Shown here: piece by piece, positions 53,981 to 63,077 of the stretch | How the letters are laid out: each line of letters starts with the position of its first letter | How positions within the stretch are numbered: the stretch's first letter is position 1 | Origin: Planctomycetota bacterium | GTDB lineage: Bacteria; Planctomycetota; PLA2; JAEUHO01 | DNA length: 64,000 nt | Reading direction: 5' to 3' | Assembly (NCBI GenBank): GCA_965223505.1 | Contig: CBDCWP010000007.1 | Location: forward strand, 66,640-130,639 | Made by a program: the position numbers and the translations under genes | Notes under the pieces: generated by a model | The model's database searches: none | Told to the model about the DNA's origin: nothing | What the model saw: only the letters and a program-made list of their open reading frames with translations

Positions 53981-54798
53981 ACGGCGAAGCTCCGCAGCGT
54001 TTCGTTCAGCGACGTCTTGCGGTCGGTGCTCTCGCTGCGTTCACCGATGATCAGCGCGCACGGCAGGTCGTACTCGCCCGCCGGGAACTGCTTCTTGCGC
54101 GTCCCCGGGATCACGACGGCGTTCGCCGGAATCTTGCCCTTCGTCGTGACCGGTTCGTCACCCCGCACGTCGATGACGTGCGTCGAGGCGGTCACGACCG
54201 TGTTCGCGCCCAGCACGGCGCCCGGGCCGATGTGCGCGCCTTCGACCACGATGCAGCGCGACCCGATGAAGCAGTCGTCCTCGATGATCACCGGGCGGGC
54301 GCCCGGGGGCTCGAGCACCCCGCCGATCCCCACACCGCCCGCGAGGTGGACGTTGGCGCCGATCTGCGCGCACGAGCCGACCGTGGCCCACGTGTCCACC
54401 ATCGTGTTCTCGCCGACACGCGCGCCGATGTTCACGAACGACGGCATCACGACGACGCCCTCTTCGCAAAAGGAGCCGTAGCGCACGATCCCGCCCGGCA
54501 CGACGCGCACGTTCGCCGCCGCCAGGTCTTGCTTGATCGGCACTTTGTCGTGATAGCTCACGGGCCCGGCCTGCGTCTCCTGCATCGGCGCGAGCGCGAA
54601 GTACAGCGAGACGGCCTTCTGGATCCAGGCGTGGACGTCCCACTCGCCGTCGTCGCGCTTGGTCGCCACGCGGACCTTGCCCTTGTCGAGATCCTCGATC
54701 GTGGCGTAGACCGCAGCGGAGTGTACGTCGTCTTGGAGCAGGGCTCGATCGTCGAACGCGGCCTCGACGAGAGGGGAGCGGGGATCGTCGGATTGCAT
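53977..54798 (-). CDS. dapD: Tetrahydrodipicolinate N-succinyltransferase
   Basis: MPSFVNIGA, DTWATVGSCAQIG and GGVLEP motifs. Confidence 0.95.
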   Translation of the reverse strand: MQSDDPRSPLVEAAFDDRALLQDDVHSAAVYATIEDLDKGKVRVATKRDDGEWDVHAWIQKAVSLYFALAPMQETQAGPVSYHDKVPIKQDLAAANVRVVPGGIVRYGSFCEEGVVVMPSFVNIGARVGENTMVDTWATVGSCAQIGANVHLAGGVGIGGVLEPPGARPVIIEDDCFIGSRCIVVEGAHIGPGAVLGANTVVTASTHVIDVRGDEPVTTKGKIPANAVVIPGTRKKQFPAGEYDLPCALIIGERSESTDRKTSLNETLRSFAV

Positions 54799-54805
54799 CG
54801 CGCCT

Positions 54806-55942
54806 TTATAGCGCGGCGAAGCGTTCCACGGCCCGTTCGCACCCGGCCACGTCGGGCACGAGCGCGATCCGGAAGAACCCGTCGTTGCCGGCGCCGAACA
54901 TCGAGCCCGGTGAGACGACGACGCCCGCCGCGAGCAGGCGGTCGGCGAAGCTCGCGCCCGTCTCGCCGTCCGGAGCGGCGACCCACAGATAAAACGTGGA
55001 CGTCGTCGGGAAGATCGACAGGCCGAGCTCGGAAAGGCCCGCCGTCATCACGTCGCGTTTCGCCCGGAAGACGGCCAGCCGTTCCTCGACGTGCGCTTCG
55101 TCGTTCCAGGCCGCGATGCTCGCGTGCTGGACCCAGATCGTCTGGGCCTGGCCCATGGCCGCCCGCTGCTTGCGATAGGCGCCCAGGATGTTCGCGTCGC
55201 CCGAGATCATGCCGGATCGGTAGCCGGTCATGCCCGAGCGCTTCGACAGCGAATGGAAGACGAGGCAGCCGTCGCGCCCGAATTCCAGCAGGGACAGCGG
55301 GCGTTCGCCGAAGTAGATCTCCGTGTAGCACTCGTCCGAGCAGAGGACGAACCCGTGCTCGTCGCGCGCGGCGACCCACTTGCGGAAGAGCGCCTCCGGC
55401 ATGTCCTGGCCGGTCGGGTTGTGCGGGTAGTTCAGCCACACGATCTGGGTGCGCGCGAGCACGTCCGGCGGCACGTCGTCCGGGTCCTGCAGATAGTCGT
55501 TGTCCGCGGTGAGCGGCATCACGTGGGTCTTCGCCTCGCTGTAGAGGCTCCCGATCTCCATGACCGGATACCCCGGCTCCGGATAGACGACCGTGTCGCG
55601 CTCGCCGCCCGTCTCCATCAGCACGAGCGGCAGGTGGAACATCGCCTCCTTGCTGCCGCGCGTCGGCAGCGCTTCGGTCGCCGGGTCGAGCTCGACGTCG
55701 AAACGCCGGGCGGCCCACGCCGCGTACGCCGCTCGCAGCTCGTCGATCCCGAGAATCGTCGGGTACTGCGAGACGTCCGGTACGGCGTCGATGAGCGCCT
55801 GCTTGACCACGTCGGGTGTGGGCTCGACGGGATCGCCGGTGCCGAAGTCGAGCACGTCGACGCCCTTGGCGATCAGCTCCGCCTTGCGGCGCGCCAGCTC
55901 CACCATGGGGTACGTCTGCAGGTTGCGGATGCGGTCGTTCAT
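54806..55942 (-). CDS. dapC: PLP-dependent aminotransferase, probable succinyl-DAP aminotransferase
   Basis: GSKEA, NYPHNPTG, SDECY and SLSKRSGMTGYRSG motifs; operon context. Confidence 0.8.
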   Translation of the reverse strand: MNDRIRNLQTYPMVELARRKAELIAKGVDVLDFGTGDPVEPTPDVVKQALIDAVPDVSQYPTILGIDELRAAYAAWAARRFDVELDPATEALPTRGSKEAMFHLPLVLMETGGERDTVVYPEPGYPVMEIGSLYSEAKTHVMPLTADNDYLQDPDDVPPDVLARTQIVWLNYPHNPTGQDMPEALFRKWVAARDEHGFVLCSDECYTEIYFGERPLSLLEFGRDGCLVFHSLSKRSGMTGYRSGMISGDANILGAYRKQRAAMGQAQTIWVQHASIAAWNDEAHVEERLAVFRAKRDVMTAGLSELGLSIFPTTSTFYLWVAAPDGETGASFADRLLAAGVVVSPGSMFGAGNDGFFRIALVPDVAGCERAVERFAAL

Positions 55943-55955
55943 CGAGGGCCGGATC

Positions 55956-57011
55956 CTACTCCTCTTCGGCGGCCATGGCGTCCTGCAACCACGCCGAGGT
56001 ATCGCTTCGCTGCGTCGGCACGACGAGCGGCACGAGCGCGTACGGGGGCGGACCGCCGCGGCCCGTCCAGAGGTCGATGATGTCGGGCGCGTCGTCCAGG
56101 TGCGAGCGCACTCGTTCCACCAACGTGTGCGCGACCGCGCCGAACGTGAGCCGCGCGTTGATCTCGCACAGCGGATTGGCTGCGAACGCGCCGTCGTCAG
56201 CGGGAATCAGGTAGCCGTCGACGCCGAACGGTCCCCGGTAGCCGGCTTCACGAAGTGCGCTGCGTGCCCGCCGCGCCGCGTCCTCGTAGAACGGCGGCAG
56301 GTTGAAGTCTTCGGCGGACACCCCGATTCCGGCGAATCGCCCGGCCTCGTCCATGCAGTTGAGGTGCCAGCGCAGCCGATCGTCGTCGCCGACCGTGCCG
56401 GCGCAGGAGATGTCGAGGACGCGCTCGAGCCAGGGCTCGAGCAGGGCCGGCCCCTGGCGCGCGATCAGTCCCTCGACGCGCGCGCGCTGGTCCTCGGTGG
56501 CCGTACCCTCGCCGATCACCCGGTCGCGTCCCGCTGCGGACAGCGGCGTCTTCACGACCCAGCGCGGGGGCAGGTCGTCGTCCAGATCGGCCGGCGACTC
56601 GATCCAACGACTGGGTTCGAGATGCGCACCGAAGCTCTTGGCGAGGTCGAACGTGAAGCGGCGGTGGTTGCAGCGCGCGGCGATGCGCGCGGCATCGACG
56701 TCGCGCACCGCGCCCCACTCCAGCGCGTCGGCCGGCGCCCCGTCGACGCCCTTCACGATGCGCGGCATCGGCAGGCCCTTCACCTCGACCATGCAAGCCG
56801 GGTCGACGTCGAACGGTGTGTAGAGCACGGCATCCTCGGAACAGAACGCGCGCAGCAGCGTCGTCAGTGGAGCGATGCGGCGCATGGCCTCGGCCGAGAG
56901 GGAGCGGTCGGCCATCGGCACCCGCAGGTCGGCCAGCGCCGGGTCGCGCGAAGCGAGCTCGAGCCACGCGAGCTCGCAGTCCAGGTTCGCGATGACGTGC
57001 TCGGCGATCAT
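55956..57011 (-). CDS. ATP-grasp-like protein
   Basis: WVVKTPLSAAGR, LLEPW, GYRGPFGVD and CEINARLT motifs; ATGA overlap with the DUF455 gene. Confidence 0.6.
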   Translation of the reverse strand: MIAEHVIANLDCELAWLELASRDPALADLRVPMADRSLSAEAMRRIAPLTTLLRAFCSEDAVLYTPFDVDPACMVEVKGLPMPRIVKGVDGAPADALEWGAVRDVDAARIAARCNHRRFTFDLAKSFGAHLEPSRWIESPADLDDDLPPRWVVKTPLSAAGRDRVIGEGTATEDQRARVEGLIARQGPALLEPWLERVLDISCAGTVGDDDRLRWHLNCMDEAGRFAGIGVSAEDFNLPPFYEDAARRARSALREAGYRGPFGVDGYLIPADDGAFAANPLCEINARLTFGAVAHTLVERVRSHLDDAPDIIDLWTGRGGPPPYALVPLVVPTQRSDTSAWLQDAMAAEEE

Positions 57012-57814
57012 CGGCCCGCACCGCCGGGGCGCGTGGGCGGTGTCGCTGCGAGCCGTTGGATGAACGCCGCGTCCAGGCCCGCCTGCTCGCGCGCGAGCGC
57101 GTCGAACTGCTTGCCGCGCGCCCGGTCGGGACCGTGCGGCCACACCACGTTGGCGCAGTAGGCGTCCCAGGCCGTTTGCCCGGGCTCCTTCCAGCGCAGC
57201 AGCCACTTCCAGGCGAAGGCCACGTGCCGCACCTCGTCGTGGTGCACGGTCTGCAGCGCGTCGGCCGTTGCGACGTCGCCGATGGCGCGCGCCGCGTCGA
57301 CGTGCTCCTGCGCGAAGTCGAGGTTCGCGTTCTCGAACGTGAGGCCCATCGTGCAAACGAAGGCGAGCGGCGTCGTCATGTCCGACGCCTTGTTCCAGAA
57401 GTGCGCGTTGACGGGATGGTCGCCGAACCGCGCCCCCAGGGCTTCGATCCGTTCGACGTACAGTCCGAGGTGACGCTGCTCGTCCGTGAGGATCTTGAGG
57501 CAGCCCCGTCGAAACGAGCGCGGCGTCTCGGGAAAGGCGAGCAGCGCCCACGCGAACAGCTCGATGGCCTGCAGCTCGTGGTTGGCCAGCGCGTGCAGGA
57601 TGCGGACGCGCTGCGCCGGGTCGGGCATGCCCGTTGCCGGAGGAACGGGCACCCGGGCATGCTTCACGATCTGAAGCGCGTCCGGCCGACCGGGCGCTTC
57701 GATGCGAAGCGCCGGCCCCGGCTCGTCGTCCGTCAGGGAGGCCGGCGCCGCACGCAGCTTGGTCGCCAGATCCGTGGCTTCGATCAGTTCGAGGGCAAAC
57801 GCGCGCAGTTCCAT
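57008..57814 (-). CDS. DUF455 family ferritin-like diiron protein
   Basis: HALANHELQAIE, DEQRH, FENANLD and DEVRHV motifs. Confidence 0.8.
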   Translation of the reverse strand: MELRAFALELIEATDLATKLRAAPASLTDDEPGPALRIEAPGRPDALQIVKHARVPVPPATGMPDPAQRVRILHALANHELQAIELFAWALLAFPETPRSFRRGCLKILTDEQRHLGLYVERIEALGARFGDHPVNAHFWNKASDMTTPLAFVCTMGLTFENANLDFAQEHVDAARAIGDVATADALQTVHHDEVRHVAFAWKWLLRWKEPGQTAWDAYCANVVWPHGPDRARGKQFDALAREQAGLDAAFIQRLAATPPTRPGGAGR

Positions 57815-57853
57815 CCCTTGCGGATTCTGCCACGCCTGCTGCAATCGCCGACC

Positions 57854-58726
57854 GTGAGCCTGATCGATCGCATTCGCGAGTGCACGACCTACGACATCGG
57901 ACGCTACGTGCCGCTCGAGATCGCGGGCGAGGTCTGGGGCGCCGTCCTGCCCTCGTTCGCCGACGTCCTGCGGCCCTACCAAGACGTGTTCGAGCGGCAC
58001 GGCGACCGCCTGCGTCTGCGCGGCGCGACGGCAGGGGCGCGTACGGAGGGCCTCACGCGGGTCGCGGCGGACCTGCGTGCACGGGGGCGGCTGCCGGAGT
58101 GGCGCGGCGAGCCGTACGCCGTCGTACGCCAATGGGGCGAAGAGCCGGTCTGCACCGTCGAGCGCGGACTCGTGGTGCGTCTGGGGCTGCCGGGGTTCGG
58201 GGTGCACCTCAACGGTCACGTCGCCACCGACGACGGGCTGCGGCTCTGGGTGGCGACGCGCGCGCACGACAAGCCGACGCACCCGGGACGGCTCGATCAT
58301 CTCGTCGGCGGGGGGCAACCGGCCGGCGTCGGGTTGCTCGACAACATGATCAAGGAGTGCGGGGAAGAGGCGGCGATTCCGCCGGAGCTCTGCAAGGCGC
58401 TCGAGCCGGCGTCCACGCTGCGCTATCGATACGAGCGGGCGGAGGGCCTTCACCAGGACACCGTGCACGCGTTCGACCTTTCGCTCCCGCCGACCTTCGA
58501 GCCCCGCAACGACGACGGGGAGGTCGCGGCGTTCGAGCTCTGGGAGGTGTCGCAGGTGATCGAGACGCTACGCGACACTCGGCGCTTCAAGCCGAACGTC
58601 ACGCTCGTGATCCTCGACTTCCTCCTGCGCAGGGGCCTGCTCGAAGACGACGCCGAGCGCGACGACGTGGTCGCGGCGCTCGGCCCGGTTCGCGGCCCCG
58701 TTCACCCCACGTTGCAGTCGTCGTAG
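57854..58726 (+). CDS. NUDIX hydrolase with DUF4743-like N-terminus
   Basis: WRGEPY, GVHLNG, KPTHPGRLD, KECGEEA, NDDGEV and FKPN motifs. Confidence 0.8.
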   Translation: MSLIDRIRECTTYDIGRYVPLEIAGEVWGAVLPSFADVLRPYQDVFERHGDRLRLRGATAGARTEGLTRVAADLRARGRLPEWRGEPYAVVRQWGEEPVCTVERGLVVRLGLPGFGVHLNGHVATDDGLRLWVATRAHDKPTHPGRLDHLVGGGQPAGVGLLDNMIKECGEEAAIPPELCKALEPASTLRYRYERAEGLHQDTVHAFDLSLPPTFEPRNDDGEVAAFELWEVSQVIETLRDTRRFKPNVTLVILDFLLRRGLLEDDAERDDVVAALGPVRGPVHPTLQSS

Positions 58727-58736
58727 ACTCGCGCGT

Positions 58737-59387
58737 GTGGATACGCGGGATCAGCTCTATCGCGTGATGCTGAACGGCTTCGCGGAGACCGAGTACGCGA
58801 GCGGGCGGGCCGCGCCGTCGCGTGCCGTCGCCGCCGCCTTTCGCGCCGTCAATCGAGCCGACTTCGTGCCGGCCGGCGAGCGCGGTGAGGCCTACACCGA
58901 TCGTCCGCTTCCGATCGGACACGGCCAGACGATCTCGCAGCCGTTCCTGGTCGCGTTCATGACCGAGATGCTCGACCCGCGTCCCGAGCACGTCGTGCTG
59001 GAGGTCGGCACGGGCTCCGGATATCAGACGGCGATGTTGGCGCGGATCGTCGAGACCGTGTACAGCATCGAGGTGGTGGCCGAGTTGGCGGCGCGCGCCG
59101 TCGAACGACTCGCGCGACTCGGATACGAGAACGTGGTCGTCACGAGCGGCGACGGCTACGCGGGCTGGCCCGAGCATGCGCCGTACGACCGCATCATCGT
59201 CACGGCCGCGGCGCCGTACGTTCCGCGCGCCCTCGTCGATCAGTTGAAAGCCGGCGGACGTCTCTTGATTCCGGTGGGGCGGCCCGGCGCGCGGCAGGAG
59301 CTGCGCCTCGTCGAGAAGGACGCCGACGGGGGACTGCGCGAGCGTTCGATCCTGCCCGTCGCGTTCGTTCCGTTGGTGCGCGCCTAG
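58737..59387 (+). CDS. pcm: Protein-L-isoaspartate O-methyltransferase
   Basis: GQTISQP, LEVGTGSGYQ, APYDRIIVTAA and VAFVPL motifs. Confidence 0.93.
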   Translation: MDTRDQLYRVMLNGFAETEYASGRAAPSRAVAAAFRAVNRADFVPAGERGEAYTDRPLPIGHGQTISQPFLVAFMTEMLDPRPEHVVLEVGTGSGYQTAMLARIVETVYSIEVVAELAARAVERLARLGYENVVVTSGDGYAGWPEHAPYDRIIVTAAAPYVPRALVDQLKAGGRLLIPVGRPGARQELRLVEKDADGGLRERSILPVAFVPLVRA

Positions 59388-60925
59388 CGCGTCATCTCGG
59401 CGAGCCAGCGCATCAGCCGGACCTCGAGCACGGAGACGGGGAAGCCGAACGCCGCGCGACACGCGACGTCGAGGTCCTTGCCCTGGCCGAGCGCCTCGAA
59501 AAACGGGACGGCGGCGTCGGGACGTCCCTCGAGCAGGTAGACCGCGAATGCGTAGGACAGCAGCGAGTCGCGCACCGTGAACCCGTCGACCGCCTTCCCG
59601 AGCGTCAGTCGCAAGTGCAGCCTCTCGGTCTTGGCGAGATTCGCGTGCGCCTTCTTCAACCACGCGTCCTTCGACTCCGGGACGTGCCGCGTGTCGTCCT
59701 TCTGCTTGTCGCCGTAGCGCCCGCCGAGTCCGACCGAGAGTCGGGTGCCGACGAGGAGGTAGGTGAGGTGCCGGCTGATGCCCTCGTCGAGCCAGCCCTT
59801 CAGGTTCGTCGATCCGAAGAACGTGTCCGACAGCATCACGGTGAACAGCATGTTGAGGCCGAGGTCGAGCTGCGCGTCCGGCGGGTTCCTGTCAGCGAGC
59901 ATCGTGCGGCCGTCGATCCACGTGATGTGCAGCTTCAGCTCCTTGAACATCTTCAGCAGGGGGCTGTCCTTGGTTTCGTGCCGCTCGAGGAACTCGTCGA
60001 CTTCGCCCTTCTGCGAGAAGAGGAACGCCGTGTTCTGCGGACGGCGCTTGGGTGCGCGCCCGACGGCGGCCGCGAAGAACGGTCCGGCGGCCTCGCACGC
60101 CGCCGCGAACCGCTGCAGGTCCTCGGGCTTTCCGGTGCCGACGGCGCGCATGTTGGGACGTTCGAAGGCGCGCAGACCTGCCATGCCCAGAATGGCTTCG
60201 TCCGCGCGAAGCTCGACGGCCACGGCCGTTCCCGCGGCCTCGATCGCCTCTTTTCCGGCCGCGAGGACGACCGGCCGGTGGGCGCGCGCCTGCGCCGTCT
60301 CCCGCAGGACCCACTGACCTGCGTGGCGCGCGTGTCCGAGGAGCAGCCGCACGTCGGCGTCGTCCGGTGACGCGGCGAGCAGCGCCGTCTCCGCCTCCGC
60401 CATGGCACGGACGTCGCCCTGCTCGAGCCCGGTTCCATAGAGCTTCATGCGCAGCGCGCGGGCCACCGCCGCCGGCTTGGGGTCCTCGAGCTCGGCGCCG
60501 AGCGCCGCCGCCGTGGCGATGCCCCAACGAAGCGAAGGAATCGTCTCGCACCCGGCGAGCACCGCGAGCACGGCGTCTCGGTACGTGTCGTCGATCGGGG
60601 CGCGACGCTCGGGATACGCCTTCAGCTTCGAACGATTCCAGTTCTTGGGGCGCTTGTACTTGGGATTCTGCAGCCAGGTCCCGTCATCCTGCTTCTTGTA
60701 GCGCAGCCACTGACGCGCCTTGGCGTCGTCGGGCGCGTGAACGAGCAGGTCTTCGTAGATCTCGTCCCGCAGGCCGAATAGCTTGCCTTTCCGGCACCAC
60801 TCCGCGAGATCATGGAGGTCGGCGACGTAGCGTTCGACCGCGGCGCGGTAGTCCGCGGGCGGCTCCCCGGCGCGCACCACGCCCTGCAGCAGGGCGACGA
60901 CGACGACGATTCCGATGATGCGCAC
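59384..60925 (-). CDS. Hypothetical secreted protein (513 aa)
   Basis: Signal peptide; TAGCAT 6 nt before the GTG; WLDEG motif but no HExxH. Confidence 0.6.
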   Translation of the reverse strand: MRIIGIVVVVALLQGVVRAGEPPADYRAAVERYVADLHDLAEWCRKGKLFGLRDEIYEDLLVHAPDDAKARQWLRYKKQDDGTWLQNPKYKRPKNWNRSKLKAYPERRAPIDDTYRDAVLAVLAGCETIPSLRWGIATAAALGAELEDPKPAAVARALRMKLYGTGLEQGDVRAMAEAETALLAASPDDADVRLLLGHARHAGQWVLRETAQARAHRPVVLAAGKEAIEAAGTAVAVELRADEAILGMAGLRAFERPNMRAVGTGKPEDLQRFAAACEAAGPFFAAAVGRAPKRRPQNTAFLFSQKGEVDEFLERHETKDSPLLKMFKELKLHITWIDGRTMLADRNPPDAQLDLGLNMLFTVMLSDTFFGSTNLKGWLDEGISRHLTYLLVGTRLSVGLGGRYGDKQKDDTRHVPESKDAWLKKAHANLAKTERLHLRLTLGKAVDGFTVRDSLLSYAFAVYLLEGRPDAAVPFFEALGQGKDLDVACRAAFGFPVSVLEVRLMRWLAEMTR

Positions 60926-61103
60926 CGCGAGATGCTATGCGTTCGGCCGATCCGGCGACAACCGAACGCACGGCGAACGGCGGGGCGCCCTGTGACCGGG
61001 GTGAGACGCCGAGACGGGCCCGGATCGGCGCGGATGGCGGCTTCGCCGGTTTGAGGCGCGGCTTCTTCTTCCCTTTGCCCGTTCTTGAGGCACCCTATCG
61101 GCC

Positions 61104-61307
61104 ATGGGTCAGTCGTACGAGAAACGAGCACGCGAACGCCGCAAGCAGCAGAAGCGGCGGGAGAAGGCTGCGCGCAAGCAGAACAAGGACCCTGAAGAGG
61201 TCAAGGAGGTCCTCCCCGACAGCGCGTGGTTCGCGGTGCCCGGCGAGGAGCCGGAGCAGGAAGAGGGCGAAGGCACCGAGGGCGAGGGCCCGGCCGCCGG
61301 CGCGTAG
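61104..61307 (+). CDS. Small charged hypothetical protein (basic N-terminus, acidic C-terminus)
   Basis: 67 aa, MGQSYEKRARERRKQQKRREK...; typical codon usage. Confidence 0.6.
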   Translation: MGQSYEKRARERRKQQKRREKAARKQNKDPEEVKEVLPDSAWFAVPGEEPEQEEGEGTEGEGPAAGA

Positions 61308-61329
61308 CTACGAGGCGCCCGCTCCGTCG

Positions 61330-62679
61330 CTAGTGTCCCATCACCTCGGGCCGCGGTCTCGGCACCTTGAAGTCGACCTGAATCGTCTCACCCTGCCGGA
61401 CCACCTTCAGCTTCACCTTCGCACCGGGCTGTTTCTCGCGCATCAAGTAGGCCAGGTACGTGCTGCGGGTCCAGCCCGACTTGCCGTCCACCTCGACGAT
61501 GAGGTCGCCGCGTTGGAGCTTGTTGAAGGGCTCCCGGTTGGACTTCTTGAACCACCCCGGTGAGCGTCGGGCCACCCGGACCCCCTTCGGGTCGTCGGCC
61601 AGGGACACGCCGCCCCAGAGCCACATGGCATAGCCGGCGACGCGGTAGCGCCAACCGAAGTCGCCCTCGCGGCGCCAGCCGTCGGCCAACTCGAACGTGA
61701 GGTCGTGTGACGCGCCTTTGCGATCGATCTTCGCGGGCATCGTTCCGCCCTCATCGGGAAACGTGTGCAACACCCACTGCAGGTCGGCCACGGAACACAG
61801 AGGCTGGCCGTCGAGGAACCGAATGTCGTCGCCCACCTGCAGACCCGCTTTCGCAGCCGCGGAGTCGGGTTCGACGGCCGTGACGCGCGCGCAGTGGTCC
61901 TTGCTGAGCGTGAGTCCGAGGATCGACGGGAGCGGATAGACCCACAGCTCACGGTCCGGCAAGGCGCGCTTCGACATGAAGTGCGAGTCGATCACCATCC
62001 GCTGCACTTCGTGGCAATGTATGCAGCCCTTGGTGTCCGTGTTGCGAACGCGGCCGGGCCGCTTGTACTTGCGCGCGGACGGCGTCTTTTCCGGAGACGG
62101 CCACGGAGGAGCGGCGCCGGTCTTCGCGGCCAGCGTCTTGCGCGTCGCAGGATCCTTGCGATAGGCCTCGTCCAGAAGCAGCGCCCGCCTGAGCGCCGCC
62201 ACGATCCCCGCCACGCTGTGATTCGGGTTCGAGTCGAGCTTGTTGCGATTGGCCTGCGGTGAGGCGGTCCCGTAGCGCCCGTAGATCGTCTTGTCGGGGT
62301 GCATGAGGAACACCGCCCACGACAGGAACGGGTCGAACTGGAACGTCGCCAGGTCCGCGCCGCCCATCTGCACGATGCGCACGCACACGAACCGGTCCAT
62401 CAGCTTGCTGAGCTCTTCGTCCTGTCGTCCGACCAACTGGCCGTCGATGCTCGCGCAGCCTACTCATGGGACGCAGCGGAAAGAGACGAGCATGGGCTTG
62501 CCGGCCTTCTCGGCCTCGGCGTACCCGGCCTCGATGTCGTCGTAGATCCAGTCCCCGGAGAGCAGCTTGTCTCCCAGGGCGTCTTTCAACTTCTCGTCGT
62601 CGCCGAAGCTCGAAACCGCCGTCAAGACGCAGATCGAGCCCCAGACGACGAGAAGTGCCGGCGCGAGGGTTCGTTTCAT
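61330..62679 (-). CDS. Secreted thioredoxin-like/PDZ-domain selenoprotein (UGA 62464-62466 = Sec72 predicted), 449 aa
   Basis: Signal peptide, WIYDDIEAGYAEAEKAGKPMLVSFRCVP-TGA-VGC, in frame with the downstream 368-aa ORF (CIHCH and two PDZ-like domains). Confidence 0.85.
62422..62458 (-). promoter_or_regulatory. Candidate SECIS element of the Trx/PDZ gene
   Basis: Upper stem ATCGAC/GTTGGT (62448-62432, two GU pairs) with GGCCA loop starting at +22 from UGA. Confidence 0.45.
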
Positions 62680-62691
62680 CCTCGCGATTCT

Positions 62692-62723
62692 AGCGGGCGG
62701 CTGACCTAGCCGCAGGTGCCGCC
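62692..62723 (-). promoter_or_regulatory. Candidate SECIS element of the micro-ORF
   Basis: Perfect stem GCGGCT/AGCCGC (62713-62697), loop AGGTC with GG at +21/+22; lower stem GGCGG/CCGCT. Confidence 0.5.
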
Positions 62724-62789
62724 GTTTCAGCAGCCCGTGAGGATCGCGGCCATGACGGCGAGCATCGCCAAGCTGAGCATCCAGCGCAT
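62706..62789 (-). CDS. Candidate 27-aa seleno-lipopeptide precursor MRWMLSLAMLAVMAAILTGC-U-NGGTCG
   Basis: AGGAG SD 6 nt before ATG 62789; hydrophobic signal with lipobox LTGC; TGA 62727-62729; TAG 62706-62708; too short for the ORF track. Confidence 0.55.
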
Positions 62790-63077
62790 GTCTTTCTCCT
62801 GCTGTGAATGGCCTGATGCCACATCGAGGCCGCCCCTGCCTTTGGGTCGGCACTCTATGCCCGCGACTGGACCGATGCAACGCGCCGATCCGGCGTTTCC
62901 GACCACCTACTTCGGGCGGGTGCGCCCTCGCAGCGCGCACGGTGCGGCGCGCCCACGACGCGACCCCGGGATCGAGCGGCGGCGCGCCGCGGCACGCCTC
63001 CAACGCGCTCGACGAACGCGAGACGGGCAGCGCGCGCCGTTCGCGGACGCGCGGCCCGCGGTCACCAAGCAGTCGGC

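Noticed and set aside
61330..62436. Stand-alone 368-aa PDZ protein starting at TTG 62436
   Set aside because: There is no SD, and this start would drop the signal peptide and redox motif found in frame upstream of the UGA
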